This document shows positions 18,281-26,955 of a stretch of 64,000 nt of DNA, piece by piece; position 1 is the stretch's first letter; each line of letters starts with the position of its first letter. The position numbers and the translations under genes were made by a program. The notes under the pieces were generated by a model. That model searched no databases and was not told where the DNA came from. It worked only from the letters and a program-made list of their open reading frames with translations. The DNA comes from Patescibacteria group bacterium (lineage in GTDB: Bacteria > Patescibacteriota > Patescibacteriia > Patescibacteriales > UBA12465): assembly GCA_050949525.1 (NCBI GenBank), contig JBMNFW010000001.1, forward strand, positions 143,890-207,889, written 5' to 3'.

Positions 18281-18371
18281 TAGATCGTAGTAAGCTTTTA
18301 AGGCTTCGATCTAAAAATTAACGTAATAATTAATTTTAAAAACTCTTTAAATTAATTATTTATAAAAACAT

Positions 18372-19211
18372 ATGTCATTTGAAAAAAAATTAAAAACTGA
18401 AGCTCCAGTTGAGGGGCAAGAAAAACAAGAGCTGAGTCCAGAAGAAAAAAGTCAAAAAGAAGAGGCTCGACATGAGGCTATTCAAAGTGCTCAAGCTTCA
18501 TTACAAGAATCTGCAGAACAGGATTATCAAGTTAGTCAGAAAAAGGTTAAAGAGTCTAGGGCACAAATTTATGATCTTGAAAATGATAAGGTTAAGATTA
18601 AAGTTGAAATTAGTGAAAAAAATCCAGAGAGTGGTTTATTGAATTTAGGTATTGATAAAGAGGATATTAGTGCTCTAAAAAAAGAATTAAGCGGATTAAA
18701 TCAAAATCAAGCTTATAACAAGATTAATATGTTCTTAGCTGCTAGTATTGCCGAGTCTTTATCACAGAATAAGGTAGAGGGAGCAAATTTTGTTCAACAG
18801 AAGATTTATAATCAAATTAATCTTCTTAAGGATAATGAGAATATTAAGAGCGGAAAGCATCTTATAAACTTAGAGAAGTTTATTAATTATAATAATGAAA
18901 AAGGAAGCGGAGTTTATATTGAAGGACTTAGTTCTAAATTAGAAAAAATTAGTGGTTATAAAAAGAATCGCAAAGGGTTAGCCAGAATCTTTGGTTCAAC
19001 ACAAATTAATTTTGAGGAAATGGTTCAAGATTTATCTAAAGCTCTTGGTGTTGATAATAGTAAGTTAATTGAGAATGTAAAAACTGGTAAAGAGCCAGCT
19101 TTAAGTTCTGAGACCGCTAAGAGATATGCTGAACGAACTCATTCCGGAAGTTATATGACTACACGTTCAGAAATTAAACGACCTAATTATTTAGTTGAAA
19201 GTTCAAACTAA
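18372..19211 (+). CDS. hypothetical protein, Glu/Gln/Lys-rich N-terminus
   Basis: 279-aa ORF with no TM segment and no motif I recognise. It has its own promoters upstream and a terminator downstream. Confidence 0.6.
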   Translation: MSFEKKLKTEAPVEGQEKQELSPEEKSQKEEARHEAIQSAQASLQESAEQDYQVSQKKVKESRAQIYDLENDKVKIKVEISEKNPESGLLNLGIDKEDISALKKELSGLNQNQAYNKINMFLAASIAESLSQNKVEGANFVQQKIYNQINLLKDNENIKSGKHLINLEKFINYNNEKGSGVYIEGLSSKLEKISGYKKNRKGLARIFGSTQINFEEMVQDLSKALGVDNSKLIENVKTGKEPALSSETAKRYAERTHSGSYMTTRSEIKRPNYLVESSN

Positions 19212-19234
19212 AGATATATAGTCAAGAATAAAAA

Positions 19235-19261
19235 ACAGGAAATTTAATTTCCTGTTTTTTT
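19235..19261. terminator. bidirectional terminator shared by convergent genes
   Basis: ACAGGAAA (19235-19242) pairs with TTTCCTGT (19248-19255). An A-run lies upstream and a T-run downstream. It overlaps the last codons of the minus-strand gene. Confidence 0.7.
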
Positions 19262-20092
19262 ATTTCTAGAACCTTTATTAATTAAGAATCCAATTATTAT
19301 TCCCGTAATCATAAATCCAAGGGCTGGAAATATTTCTTGGCCTTCTAAGTATTGTGAGGGCCAAATTTTTTTTAAGGATCCTAGCATGAATCCAATTAGA
19401 GTTATTAGAGTTATTTGATAGTATTTTTTTAGTAAAAAATTTAAAACTCGACTAAAAGATAATAATCCAATAATACATCCTAAGACGAAAATCAGGATAG
19501 GGAGAATATTATTTAGTGGATTATGTAAAAGTGATAACATGAAATCATATTTTCCTAATATTATCAGAATAAAAGAACCGCTAATTCCAGGTAATATCAT
19601 AGCGCAAATAGCTATAGCTCCACTGATAAAAATGTTGAAATAAGTGTGAGAGCTTTCTATCGGCTGAAGTTTTGCGATCAGAAAGGCTAAAATAAAACCT
19701 ATTAGAAAGGTGATAGCTCCGTTAATTTTAAACTTTCCTCTTGGAAAAAGAAGAATACTTGAAACTAAAATTAATCCAATAAAGAAACTATAAAGATAGC
19801 CGGGATAATTACTTAAAGCCCAACTAATAACTCGAGCTAGGCTAATTAGAGCACTAGAAATTCCTAAAATTAAGGGAATAATAAACTTTAAATCTAGGGG
19901 CTTAAAAGCGTCTTTTATTTTTAATTGGATTATTTTTTTTAAAAAATCTAGATTTATTAATTTTATTTGTTCTAAAATCTTAGAATAGATATTTAAAATT
20001 AAAGCTAGTGTTCCACCAGAAATACCAGGAATAATATCAACTGTTCCCATAGCTAATCCTTGTAGAAAAGTTTTTATAATATTTTTTTTCAT
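19244..20092 (-). CDS. DUF368-family polytopic membrane protein (family proposed as polyprenyl-phosphate transporter)
   Basis: 282 aa with the duplicated signature IIPGISGGTLALILNIY and ILPGISGSFILIILGKY, typical of DUF368. Confidence 0.75.
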   Translation of the reverse strand: MKKNIIKTFLQGLAMGTVDIIPGISGGTLALILNIYSKILEQIKLINLDFLKKIIQLKIKDAFKPLDLKFIIPLILGISSALISLARVISWALSNYPGYLYSFFIGLILVSSILLFPRGKFKINGAITFLIGFILAFLIAKLQPIESSHTYFNIFISGAIAICAMILPGISGSFILIILGKYDFMLSLLHNPLNNILPILIFVLGCIIGLLSFSRVLNFLLKKYYQITLITLIGFMLGSLKKIWPSQYLEGQEIFPALGFMITGIIIGFLINKGSRNKKTGN

Positions 20093-20139
20093 ATTTCCTA
20101 TTATAGATATTATTTAAATTTATGTCTACTCCCTTAGGG

Positions 20140-21228
20140 CTGAATAAGTTCAGATACATTTTGGAAAATAAAAAGCCCAAAATGTATGCAGATAAAGTTT
20201 AAGTACTATAATTGTCCTGGATTTGGTACATTATATAATGATGCAATTAAGCAAAAATATATGATTACCAAAGAAGCTAGACAAAGACTCAAAATATTAG
20301 AATTTTGGAAGCAATATGGCCTTCAAGCCACTACTGATGCCTTTGGGGTTAAAAAATCTACCCTATACAATTGGCAAAAAATATTTAGAGAAGGGGGTGG
20401 CAAGATAGAAGCTCTCAATCCTAAATCCCAAGCTAGGATTAACAAGAATAAAAGAGAAATACATCCTCTGATATTAAAAGAGATTAGACGTTTAAGACTA
20501 GAGATTTGTCCTAATATGGGTAAAACTAAAGTTAAAAAATTTTTAGATAAATTTTGTGAAATTAATAATTTACCAATATACTCAGAATCAAAGATAGGTA
20601 GAATTATTAAAGATAAAGATATATATCATCATAGACAGAAAATATCTCATTTTGGTAAGATTAAAAAAATTAAAAAAACTAAAAAGAAAAGAAAACCTAA
20701 GGAATTACAAGTAAATAATCCTGGGGATTTAATAGAGATAGATACTGTTGTTAGATTTCACAATGGATTAAAGAGATATATTATTACCGCTGTTGATACT
20801 TTTAGCCGAACAGCTTTCGCTTATGCCTATAACAGAATTAGTAGCTCTAATGCTAAAGATTTTTTTAAAAAATTAGAAGAAGTCATGCCCTTTAATATTA
20901 AGGCTGTTCAGACTGATAATGGTTTAGAATTCCATCTCTATTTTAAAAAATACTTAGAAGAGAGAAAAATTGAGCATTATTTCAATTATCCAGGTAGACC
21001 ATACAAACAGGGTCATATTGAGAAGTTTAATAGGACTATTCAAGAAGAATTCATTGATTGGAGTGGTGAAAAATACTTTGATAATTTAGATGATTTTAAT
21101 AATTTGTTAATTGATTGGCTTCTTTGGTATAATACCGATAGACCACATTGGAGCCTTGAATTAGTATCTCCGATGAATTATTTGGTTAATAATAATTTTT
21201 TTTCCAAAATGACGTGGACTAATACAAG
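20140..21228 (+). mobile_element. IS481-like insertion sequence, copy 2 (1089 bp, intact)
   Basis: Near-identical to 16769-17857. Flanked by GG on both sides. The left end is CTGAATAAGTTCAGATACATTTTGGAAAA; the right end is TTTTCCAAAATGACGTGGACTAATACAAG. Confidence 0.9.
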
Positions 21229-21244
21229 GGCTTGTATTTTTTAA
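20186..21244 (+). CDS. IS481-like DDE (rve) transposase
   Basis: 352 aa. N-terminal HTH-like region (ITKEARQRLKILEFWKQYG...STLYNWQK). DDE triad candidates lie in LIEIDTV, VQTDNGLEF and HIEKFNRTIQEEF. The ORF has no stop inside the IS; the stop comes from flanking DNA (21242-21244). Confidence 0.88.
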   Translation: MQIKFKYYNCPGFGTLYNDAIKQKYMITKEARQRLKILEFWKQYGLQATTDAFGVKKSTLYNWQKIFREGGGKIEALNPKSQARINKNKREIHPLILKEIRRLRLEICPNMGKTKVKKFLDKFCEINNLPIYSESKIGRIIKDKDIYHHRQKISHFGKIKKIKKTKKKRKPKELQVNNPGDLIEIDTVVRFHNGLKRYIITAVDTFSRTAFAYAYNRISSSNAKDFFKKLEEVMPFNIKAVQTDNGLEFHLYFKKYLEERKIEHYFNYPGRPYKQGHIEKFNRTIQEEFIDWSGEKYFDNLDDFNNLLIDWLLWYNTDRPHWSLELVSPMNYLVNNNFFSKMTWTNTRACIF

Positions 21245-21259
21245 TTTATTTGTTATAAT
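21232..21259 (+). promoter_or_regulatory. candidate rpsA promoter (TTGTAT, 16 nt spacer, TGtTATAAT) abutting the IS right end
   Basis: TTGTAT at 21232-21237, TG at 21251-21252, TATAAT at 21254-21259. Confidence 0.45.
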
Positions 21260-21378
21260 CTTGATAAAATAAATAGCCTTTTATAAATTCTTAGATTTAA
21301 GGCGTCTAAGAGCTTTCTACTTGTTTTTACAGGAGAGGGTTAAATGAATCTTTTTTTATTTTAAAAAAGAAAATTAAC

Positions 21379-22557
21379 ATGAGTGAAGATAAAAAAACTA
21401 ACCATACCTTAGAGGTTTTGTTAGAACAAGATAAAAATCAAATTCCTCAAAAAGATGATGTCGTGCTTGGTAAAGTTATTTCAGCTTCTAAATCTGAAGT
21501 TAGACTTGATATTGACGGCGTCTTTATTGGAATAGTCCGAGGTCTGGAATTATATTTTGAGGCAGAAGAGTTTGCTAATTTAAAGCCAGGAGATGAAGTT
21601 GAGGCTACTGTTATTGATGAAGAGAATGAGCGAGGTGAATTAGAGCTATCTTTTAAACGAGCTGGACAAGAAAAAGCTTGGAGTAAATTAGAGCAAGCTT
21701 TTAAAGATAAGGAAATTATTAAAGTTAGAGTTACTGAGGCTAATAAGGGTGGGCTTTTAGTTCGTTATTATCAAATCGGTGGTTTCTTACCTGTATCTCA
21801 ATTATCACCAGAAAATTATCCTCGAGTTAGTGGGGGAGATAAAACTAAAATTTTAGAAAAATTAAAATCATTTATTGGGCAAGATATTGAGGTTAATGTT
21901 ATTAACTTGGGGCAAGATTCTGATAAAATTATTTTTAGTGAAAAAGATGTTTGGAATAAGAGACAAAAACATATTATTGATAAATACAAGATTGGTATGG
22001 TGGTTGATGGTAAAATTTCCGCTGTTACTAATTTTGGTGTATTTATTAGTTTTGGTGAAGGTATGGAAGGTTTAATTCATATTTCAGAATTAGCTTGGCA
22101 AAGAATTGATTCTCCAGAAAAATTATATCAAGTTGGGGATAGTATTAAAGCTGAAATAGTAAATTTAGATAATAATAAAATATTTTTAAGTGCTAAGAAG
22201 ATTATTGAAGATCCTTGGAAAAAGGCTGTGGAAAAATACAAGGTTGGTGATATTGTTAAGGGGCAGATTTTAAAAATTAATCCATTTGGTCTTTTTGTGA
22301 AACTAGATGAGGAGATTCATGGTTTAGCTCATATTACTCAGCTCGGTATAAATATTAAAGAAAAGATTAATAGTTTCTTTAATGTTGGCGATGAATTAGA
22401 TTTTGAAATTTTATCAATTTCTCCTAGTGATCATCGTTTAGGTTTAAAGTTGTATAAAGAAGACAAAAAGAAGACTAAGAAAAAGGAAGAAAAAGAGGAG
22501 AAGAAAGATGAGAAAAAAAGTGAAAAAAAAGATAAAAAAGAGAAGCAAGAGGATTAA
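21379..22557 (+). CDS. rpsA: 30S ribosomal protein S1 (four S1 domains) with Lys/Glu-rich tail
   Basis: 392 aa with repeated S1-domain signatures (GKVISASKSEVRLDI..., VDGKISAVTNFGVFISFGEGMEGLIHISEL, VKGQILKINPFGLFVKL...GLAHITQL). The C-terminal tail is KKKTKKKEEKEEKKDEKKSEKKDKKEKQED. Confidence 0.9.
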   Translation: MSEDKKTNHTLEVLLEQDKNQIPQKDDVVLGKVISASKSEVRLDIDGVFIGIVRGLELYFEAEEFANLKPGDEVEATVIDEENERGELELSFKRAGQEKAWSKLEQAFKDKEIIKVRVTEANKGGLLVRYYQIGGFLPVSQLSPENYPRVSGGDKTKILEKLKSFIGQDIEVNVINLGQDSDKIIFSEKDVWNKRQKHIIDKYKIGMVVDGKISAVTNFGVFISFGEGMEGLIHISELAWQRIDSPEKLYQVGDSIKAEIVNLDNNKIFLSAKKIIEDPWKKAVEKYKVGDIVKGQILKINPFGLFVKLDEEIHGLAHITQLGINIKEKINSFFNVGDELDFEILSISPSDHRLGLKLYKEDKKKTKKKEEKEEKKDEKKSEKKDKKEKQED

Positions 22558-22568
22558 ATCCTCTTTTT
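22548..22568 (+). terminator. weak terminator overlapping the rpsA stop
   Basis: AGAGGAT (22548-22554), loop TAA, ATCCTCT (22558-22564), then T-run. Confidence 0.4.
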
Positions 22569-22634
22569 CTCTTTATTTGTTTTTAAATTTAAAGTGTTAT
22601 ATAATGAAGATAGTTTAAGAATTAATGGTTTTTT

Positions 22635-24449
22635 ATGAAAGGAATTTTTAAAAATTTTTTAGTATTTTTCTTTATTTTTTTAGTGATAGCTACTTTATTT
22701 ACTGCGTTAAGCGATAAGGCAGTAAGTAATGAAAATATTGGAATTAATGATTTTATATCTTTAGTTAAAGACGAGCAAATTTCCGACATTACGGTTAGTG
22801 GTAATAAAATTAATCTTGTTTTGTTATCAGGTGATAAAAAGTTTGCTAAGAAAGAAGTTGGTGAATCCTTTTCTTCTTTAGTTAATAATTATTCTATTGA
22901 TCCAGATAAATTATCGAAAATTAATATTAAGATTGAGGAAAATGATGGCTTTGGAGCTTTTATGTTATCTCTGCTTCCTTTTTTAATTCCTTTTATATTA
23001 ATTGTTGTTTTTCTTTATTTCATGACTAGAAGTGTTTCGGGGGCTAACTCTAAAGCTATGATGTTTGGTCAATCTCAAGCTCGAGAATTTGATAGTAAGC
23101 AGAAAAATAAAGTTAGCTTTAAAGATGTGGCGGGAGCTAAAGAGGCTAAGCAAGAATTAAGTGAGATAGTGGATTTTTTAAGATTTCCTAAAAAATTCCT
23201 TGATTTGGGGGCTCGAATTCCTAAAGGGGTGTTATTATTAGGTAGTCCGGGAACTGGAAAAACTTTAATAGCTAAGGCAGTCGCTGGTGAAGCTCAAGTT
23301 CCTTTTTTTAGTATTTCCGGTTCAGAGTTTGTGGAAATGTTTGTTGGTGTTGGAGCTTCTCGAGTCCGATCTTTATTTCAAAGAGCTAAAAAAAATTCTC
23401 CTTGTATAGTTTTTATTGATGAGATTGATGCTGTTGGTCGTCGTCGCGGAGCTGGACTAGGTGGTTCGCATGATGAACGAGAGCAAACTTTGAATCAGAT
23501 TTTAGTTGAGATGGATGGTTTTGATCCTAGTACTAATATTATTGTTATTGCGGCTACTAATAGGCCGGATGTTTTAGATCCAGCACTACTTCGCCCAGGT
23601 CGCTTTGATCGTCAGGTGGTTTTAGATTTACCTGATTTAAAGGATCGAGAAGAAATTTTAGCCGTTCATGCTAGAAAAAAACCGATAGCTAAAGATGTTG
23701 ATCTTAAGAGTATTGCCGAAAGAACTCCAGGATTTAGTGGTGCTGATCTAGCTAATGTTTTAAATGAGGCAGCTATTTTAGCAGCTCGGGAGAATAAGAA
23801 GATTATTGAATTACCAGAATTATTTGAAGCAATTGAAAAGGTTTTAATGGGGCCTGAGAGAAAAAGTCGAGTTATTACCGATGAGGAGAAAAAAATTACT
23901 GCTTATCATGAAGCTGGACATGCTTTGGTAGCTCATTTTTCTCCTAATACCGATCCAGTTCATAAAATTTCAATTATTGCTCGTGGTCAAGCTGGCGGTT
24001 ATACTTTAAAACTACCTTCTTTTGATAAGAGAATGTATTCCAAAAATTATTTCTTAGATGAAATCGCTGTTTTATTAGCCGGACATTTAGCTGAGAAGAA
24101 AATTTTTGGTGAAGTAACTACTGGAGCTACTTCTGATCTAAGGCGAGCAACTAATATTGCTAGAAAATTAATTACTGATTATGGAATGAGTGAAAAATTA
24201 GGTCCTCGAACTTTTGGTGAAAAAGAAGATATGATATTTTTAGGTCGAGAAATTCATGAACAAAGAGATTATAGTGAAAAGGTGGCTGAATTAATTGATG
24301 AAGAAATTTCTCGTTTTATTTCTGAAGGTGAGCTCCGAGCTCAACGTATTTTAGATGAAAAGTCCGATAAATTAGAGGCTATAGTTAAGGTTTTATTGGA
24401 AAAAGAAACTATTGAAAAGGAAGAGTTTGAAGAAATTATGGCTGGTTAG
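22635..24449 (+). CDS. ftsH: ATP-dependent zinc metalloprotease FtsH
   Basis: 604 aa with two N-terminal TM helices. Walker A GSPGTGKT, Walker [13 protein letters not shown] region, zinc site HEAGHAL. Confidence 0.96.
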   Translation: MKGIFKNFLVFFFIFLVIATLFTALSDKAVSNENIGINDFISLVKDEQISDITVSGNKINLVLLSGDKKFAKKEVGESFSSLVNNYSIDPDKLSKINIKIEENDGFGAFMLSLLPFLIPFILIVVFLYFMTRSVSGANSKAMMFGQSQAREFDSKQKNKVSFKDVAGAKEAKQELSEIVDFLRFPKKFLDLGARIPKGVLLLGSPGTGKTLIAKAVAGEAQVPFFSISGSEFVEMFVGVGASRVRSLFQRAKKNSPCIVFIDEIDAVGRRRGAGLGGSHDEREQTLNQILVEMDGFDPSTNIIVIAATNRPDVLDPALLRPGRFDRQVVLDLPDLKDREEILAVHARKKPIAKDVDLKSIAERTPGFSGADLANVLNEAAILAARENKKIIELPELFEAIEKVLMGPERKSRVITDEEKKITAYHEAGHALVAHFSPNTDPVHKISIIARGQAGGYTLKLPSFDKRMYSKNYFLDEIAVLLAGHLAEKKIFGEVTTGATSDLRRATNIARKLITDYGMSEKLGPRTFGEKEDMIFLGREIHEQRDYSEKVAELIDEEISRFISEGELRAQRILDEKSDKLEAIVKVLLEKETIEKEEFEEIMAG

Positions 24450-24454
24450 TTTTA

Positions 24455-24483
24455 TTGACTAATATAATTTTTTAAATTATACT
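24455..24483 (+). promoter_or_regulatory. candidate promoter of rpmF-nusB-rnc (TTGACT, 17 nt spacer, TATACT)
   Basis: TTGACT at 24455-24460 and TATACT at 24478-24483. Confidence 0.5.
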
Positions 24484-24512
24484 TACTGATATTAAGTTTT
24501 AATTAAAAATAT

Positions 24513-24710
24513 ATGTCCGTACCAAAGAGAAGAAAAAATAAGTCCGCTGTTGGTCGAAACAGGTCTCATCAAGCTTTAAAGGTAAAAAATTTAGCTTCAT
24601 GTCCAAAATGTGGACAGGCTAAAGCTAGTCATACCGCTTGTGGTTTTTGTGGAGACTATAAAGGTAAAACAGTTTTAAAAATAAAAAGCAAAAAACAAAG
24701 CACTAAATAA
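24513..24710 (+). CDS. rpmF: 50S ribosomal protein L32
   Basis: 65 aa, MSVPKRRKNKSAVGRNRSH... with a CPKCG...CGFCG zinc ribbon. Confidence 0.93.
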   Translation: MSVPKRRKNKSAVGRNRSHQALKVKNLASCPKCGQAKASHTACGFCGDYKGKTVLKIKSKKQSTK

Positions 24711-24727
24711 GAGCTTTGTTTTTTTAT
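24695..24727 (+). terminator. terminator-like hairpin overlapping the rpmF stop
   Basis: ACAAAGC (24695-24701), 11-nt loop, GCTTTGT (24713-24719), then T-run to 24727. Confidence 0.4.
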
Positions 24728-24740
24728 TAATTTTTTATAT

Positions 24741-25214
24741 ATGGCAAATCGACATTTATCTCGAACTATTGCAATGCAAACTTTATTTGTTTGGGATTTT
24801 AATAATCAAAAAGTAGACATTGATAGTGTTATTCAGAATAATTTTTCTAATTTTGCTCCTGGTTCTGATAATCAGGATTTTGTTAAGGAATTAGTGAATG
24901 GGGTTTTAAAAAATATTACTAGTATTGATGATTATATTAAGAAGTATGCGCCAGAATGGCCAGTGGATCAAATTACTGCTGTGGATAGAAATGTTTTAAG
25001 ATTAGGTATTTATGAATTAGTTTTTTCAGAAAATATTCCTCCTAAGGTCGCTATTAATGAAGCTATAGAAGTGGCTAAAAATTTTGGCGGTGATTCTTCC
25101 GGTAAGTTTATTAATGGAGTATTAGGAACTATTTACTCTAATATGAGTGAGACAGAAAAGAAAAAGAAAGAGGAGCAGGCCAATAAGTTTAAGAAAGAAA
25201 AAAAAGAAGAATAG
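24741..25214 (+). CDS. nusB: transcription antitermination factor NusB with Lys/Glu-rich C-terminal tail
   Basis: 157 aa. [13 protein letters not shown]...[14 protein letters not shown]...[26 protein letters not shown] is canonical NusB. The tail is [21 protein letters not shown]. Confidence 0.92.
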   Translation: MANRHLSRTIAMQTLFVWDFNNQKVDIDSVIQNNFSNFAPGSDNQDFVKELVNGVLKNITSIDDYIKKYAPEWPVDQITAVDRNVLRLGIYELVFSENIPPKVAINEAIEVAKNFGGDSSGKFINGVLGTIYSNMSETEKKKKEEQANKFKKEKKEE

Positions 25215-25215
25215 T

Positions 25216-25911
25216 ATGAAAAATTTAAATGTTTTAGAAAAGAAAATTAACATTAAGTTTAATAATATTGATCTTCTTCAACAAGCCTTGGTTCATCGAT
25301 CTTTTATTAATGAACATTCGGAATTTTCTTTAGGTCATAATGAGCGTTTAGAGTTTTTAGGTGATGCGGTTTTAGAGATAGTTATTACTGAATATCTATT
25401 TTTAAATTTCCCTAATCAAGCTGAGGGAGTTTTAACTAATTGGCGCGCTAGTTTAGTTAATACCAAGATGTTGTATCAAGTAGCTAAGAATCTTGATTTT
25501 GAAGATTATCTTTTATTATCTAAAGGGGAGTCTCGAGATAAAAATTCTAAAGCTCGTCAATCTATTTTAGCTGATTCAGTTGAGGCAGTAATTGGAGCTA
25601 TTTATTTGGATCAGGGAATGGAAGTAGTTAAAGATTTTGTTTTAAAAAATATTATTTCTAATTTAGATCAGATTATCGAGAGCAAGAGCTATCTTGATCC
25701 TAAATCTCGTTTTCAAGAAGTGGCACAAGAGTTAAGAAATATTACCCCTAGTTATAAAGTTTTAAAAGAAGAAGGACCAGATCATGCTAAGAAATTTACA
25801 GTTGGTCTTTTTTTGGAAGAAGAATTGGTAGCTATTGGAGAGGGTTTATCTAAGCAGGAGGCTCAAGCTGAAGCGGCAGAGAAAGGTTTAAAAGCTAAAA
25901 ATTGGCTTTAA
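25216..25911 (+). CDS. rnc: ribonuclease III
   Basis: NERLEFLGDAVLE catalytic signature plus a C-terminal dsRBD (GPDHAKKFTV...GLSKQEAQAEAAEKGL). I chose the ATG at 25216, 1 nt after the nusB stop. The track's earlier start (25147) is an out-of-frame read-through of the nusB tail. Confidence 0.92.
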   Translation: MKNLNVLEKKINIKFNNIDLLQQALVHRSFINEHSEFSLGHNERLEFLGDAVLEIVITEYLFLNFPNQAEGVLTNWRASLVNTKMLYQVAKNLDFEDYLLLSKGESRDKNSKARQSILADSVEAVIGAIYLDQGMEVVKDFVLKNIISNLDQIIESKSYLDPKSRFQEVAQELRNITPSYKVLKEEGPDHAKKFTVGLFLEEELVAIGEGLSKQEAQAEAAEKGLKAKNWL

Positions 25912-26754
25912 TGTTTTGCCATCGTCAATAATAGTGATGCTACCATTTAAATCAGTCCTAAATATTTCAGTTTGTAATTTTTCTAATCTTTTTAAAATTC
26001 TTAGACTTGGGTGTCCGTATTTATTATTTTTTCCAACCATAATAATTGCTATTTTAGCCTGAACAGCTTTTAAGAATTTTTCTTGACTAGAACTAAGGGA
26101 TCCGTGATGTCCAATTTTAATGACATCACTTTTTAAATTTATCCCTTGTTCTAGGAGTTCGTTTTCTACTTCAGCCTCCGCATCACCCATAAAAAGAAAA
26201 ATTGAATTTTGACAGATTAATTGATTAACAATAGAGGAGTTATTAAGATTATCTAGTCCTCGTTGATAATAGCGATCCCCCGGAAAAAGAAATTTAATTT
26301 TACAATTTGGTTCTAATTCAATGGTTTGATTTTCTTGGGGGACTAGCAAGGGAATATTTTTTTCTTTTATTATCTTTAATAGTTCTAAATAAAAGGGTGA
26401 GTTATCTAAAACTCCGTTATAGATAATATTTTTTATTTTATATTTTTTAATAATTGGAATTAGTCCAACAATATGATCATCATGAGGATGACTAATAATT
26501 ATTAAATCAATAGTTTTATCCCACCAAGGAATTTTTTTAGCTAAATCTTTTAATCCTTGCTTATTAGCAAAGTCAATAATAATTTTTCGTTGTTGAGGTG
26601 TTTTAATAAAAATAGCGTCTCCTTGTCCAACATCAATAAAAGATACTTCTAAATTTTTATTTTTTTGATATTGAATATAATCATAAGACAGGAATAATAA
26701 AAGAGTTAAAGTTCCTAAAGCTAAAAATATTATTTTTATTTTTCTATTTTTCAT
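25888..26754 (-). CDS. stand-alone ComEC/Rec2-type metallo-beta-lactamase domain protein with N-terminal TM anchor
   Basis: 288 aa. VGQGDAIFIKTP, IISHPHDDHIVGL, MGDAEAEVE and IKIGHHGS match the C-terminal MBL domain of ComEC. The channel-forming competence domain is absent from this ORF. The 3' end overlaps rnc by 24 nt (convergent). Confidence 0.8.
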   Translation of the reverse strand: MKNRKIKIIFLALGTLTLLLFLSYDYIQYQKNKNLEVSFIDVGQGDAIFIKTPQQRKIIIDFANKQGLKDLAKKIPWWDKTIDLIIISHPHDDHIVGLIPIIKKYKIKNIIYNGVLDNSPFYLELLKIIKEKNIPLLVPQENQTIELEPNCKIKFLFPGDRYYQRGLDNLNNSSIVNQLICQNSIFLFMGDAEAEVENELLEQGINLKSDVIKIGHHGSLSSSQEKFLKAVQAKIAIIMVGKNNKYGHPSLRILKRLEKLQTEIFRTDLNGSITIIDDGKTLKPIFSF

Positions 26755-26844
26755 TTTTAGATTATATAATTATTTAGGTGATTAATTTTTAAAATACTAA
26801 TTAAAATAAAATAAATATGATTTTTAGCCTTTATTTATAGTGTC

Positions 26845-26873
26845 TTGACATAAGTTAAAAAATAATGTATAAT
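26845..26873 (+). promoter_or_regulatory. consensus sigma70 promoter upstream of the rRNA operon (TTGACA, 17 nt spacer, TATAAT)
   Basis: TTGACA at 26845-26850, exactly 17-nt spacer, TATAAT at 26868-26873. This is the only strong promoter I found between comEC-like and 23S. Confidence 0.7.
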
Positions 26874-26955
26874 GACTCCAGTTTATAAAAATTGATCTGT
26901 TTGAAAAATAAATAATAAATTATGTTTATTAAATTTTTATTGTTAAATAAAAATT

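Noticed and set aside
16769-21228. Composite transposon formed by the two IS copies
   Set aside because: Each copy has its own matching 2-bp flank (CT/CT and GG/GG), and the outer flanks differ. Two independent insertions fit better. The 2-bp evidence is weak, so this is kept as a separate low-interest finding.
25147-25215. N-terminal extension of rnc ([23 protein letters not shown]...)
   Set aside because: It is the +1 frame of the Lys/Glu-rich nusB tail. The ATG at 25216, 1 nt after the nusB stop, gives a canonical RNase III N-terminus.
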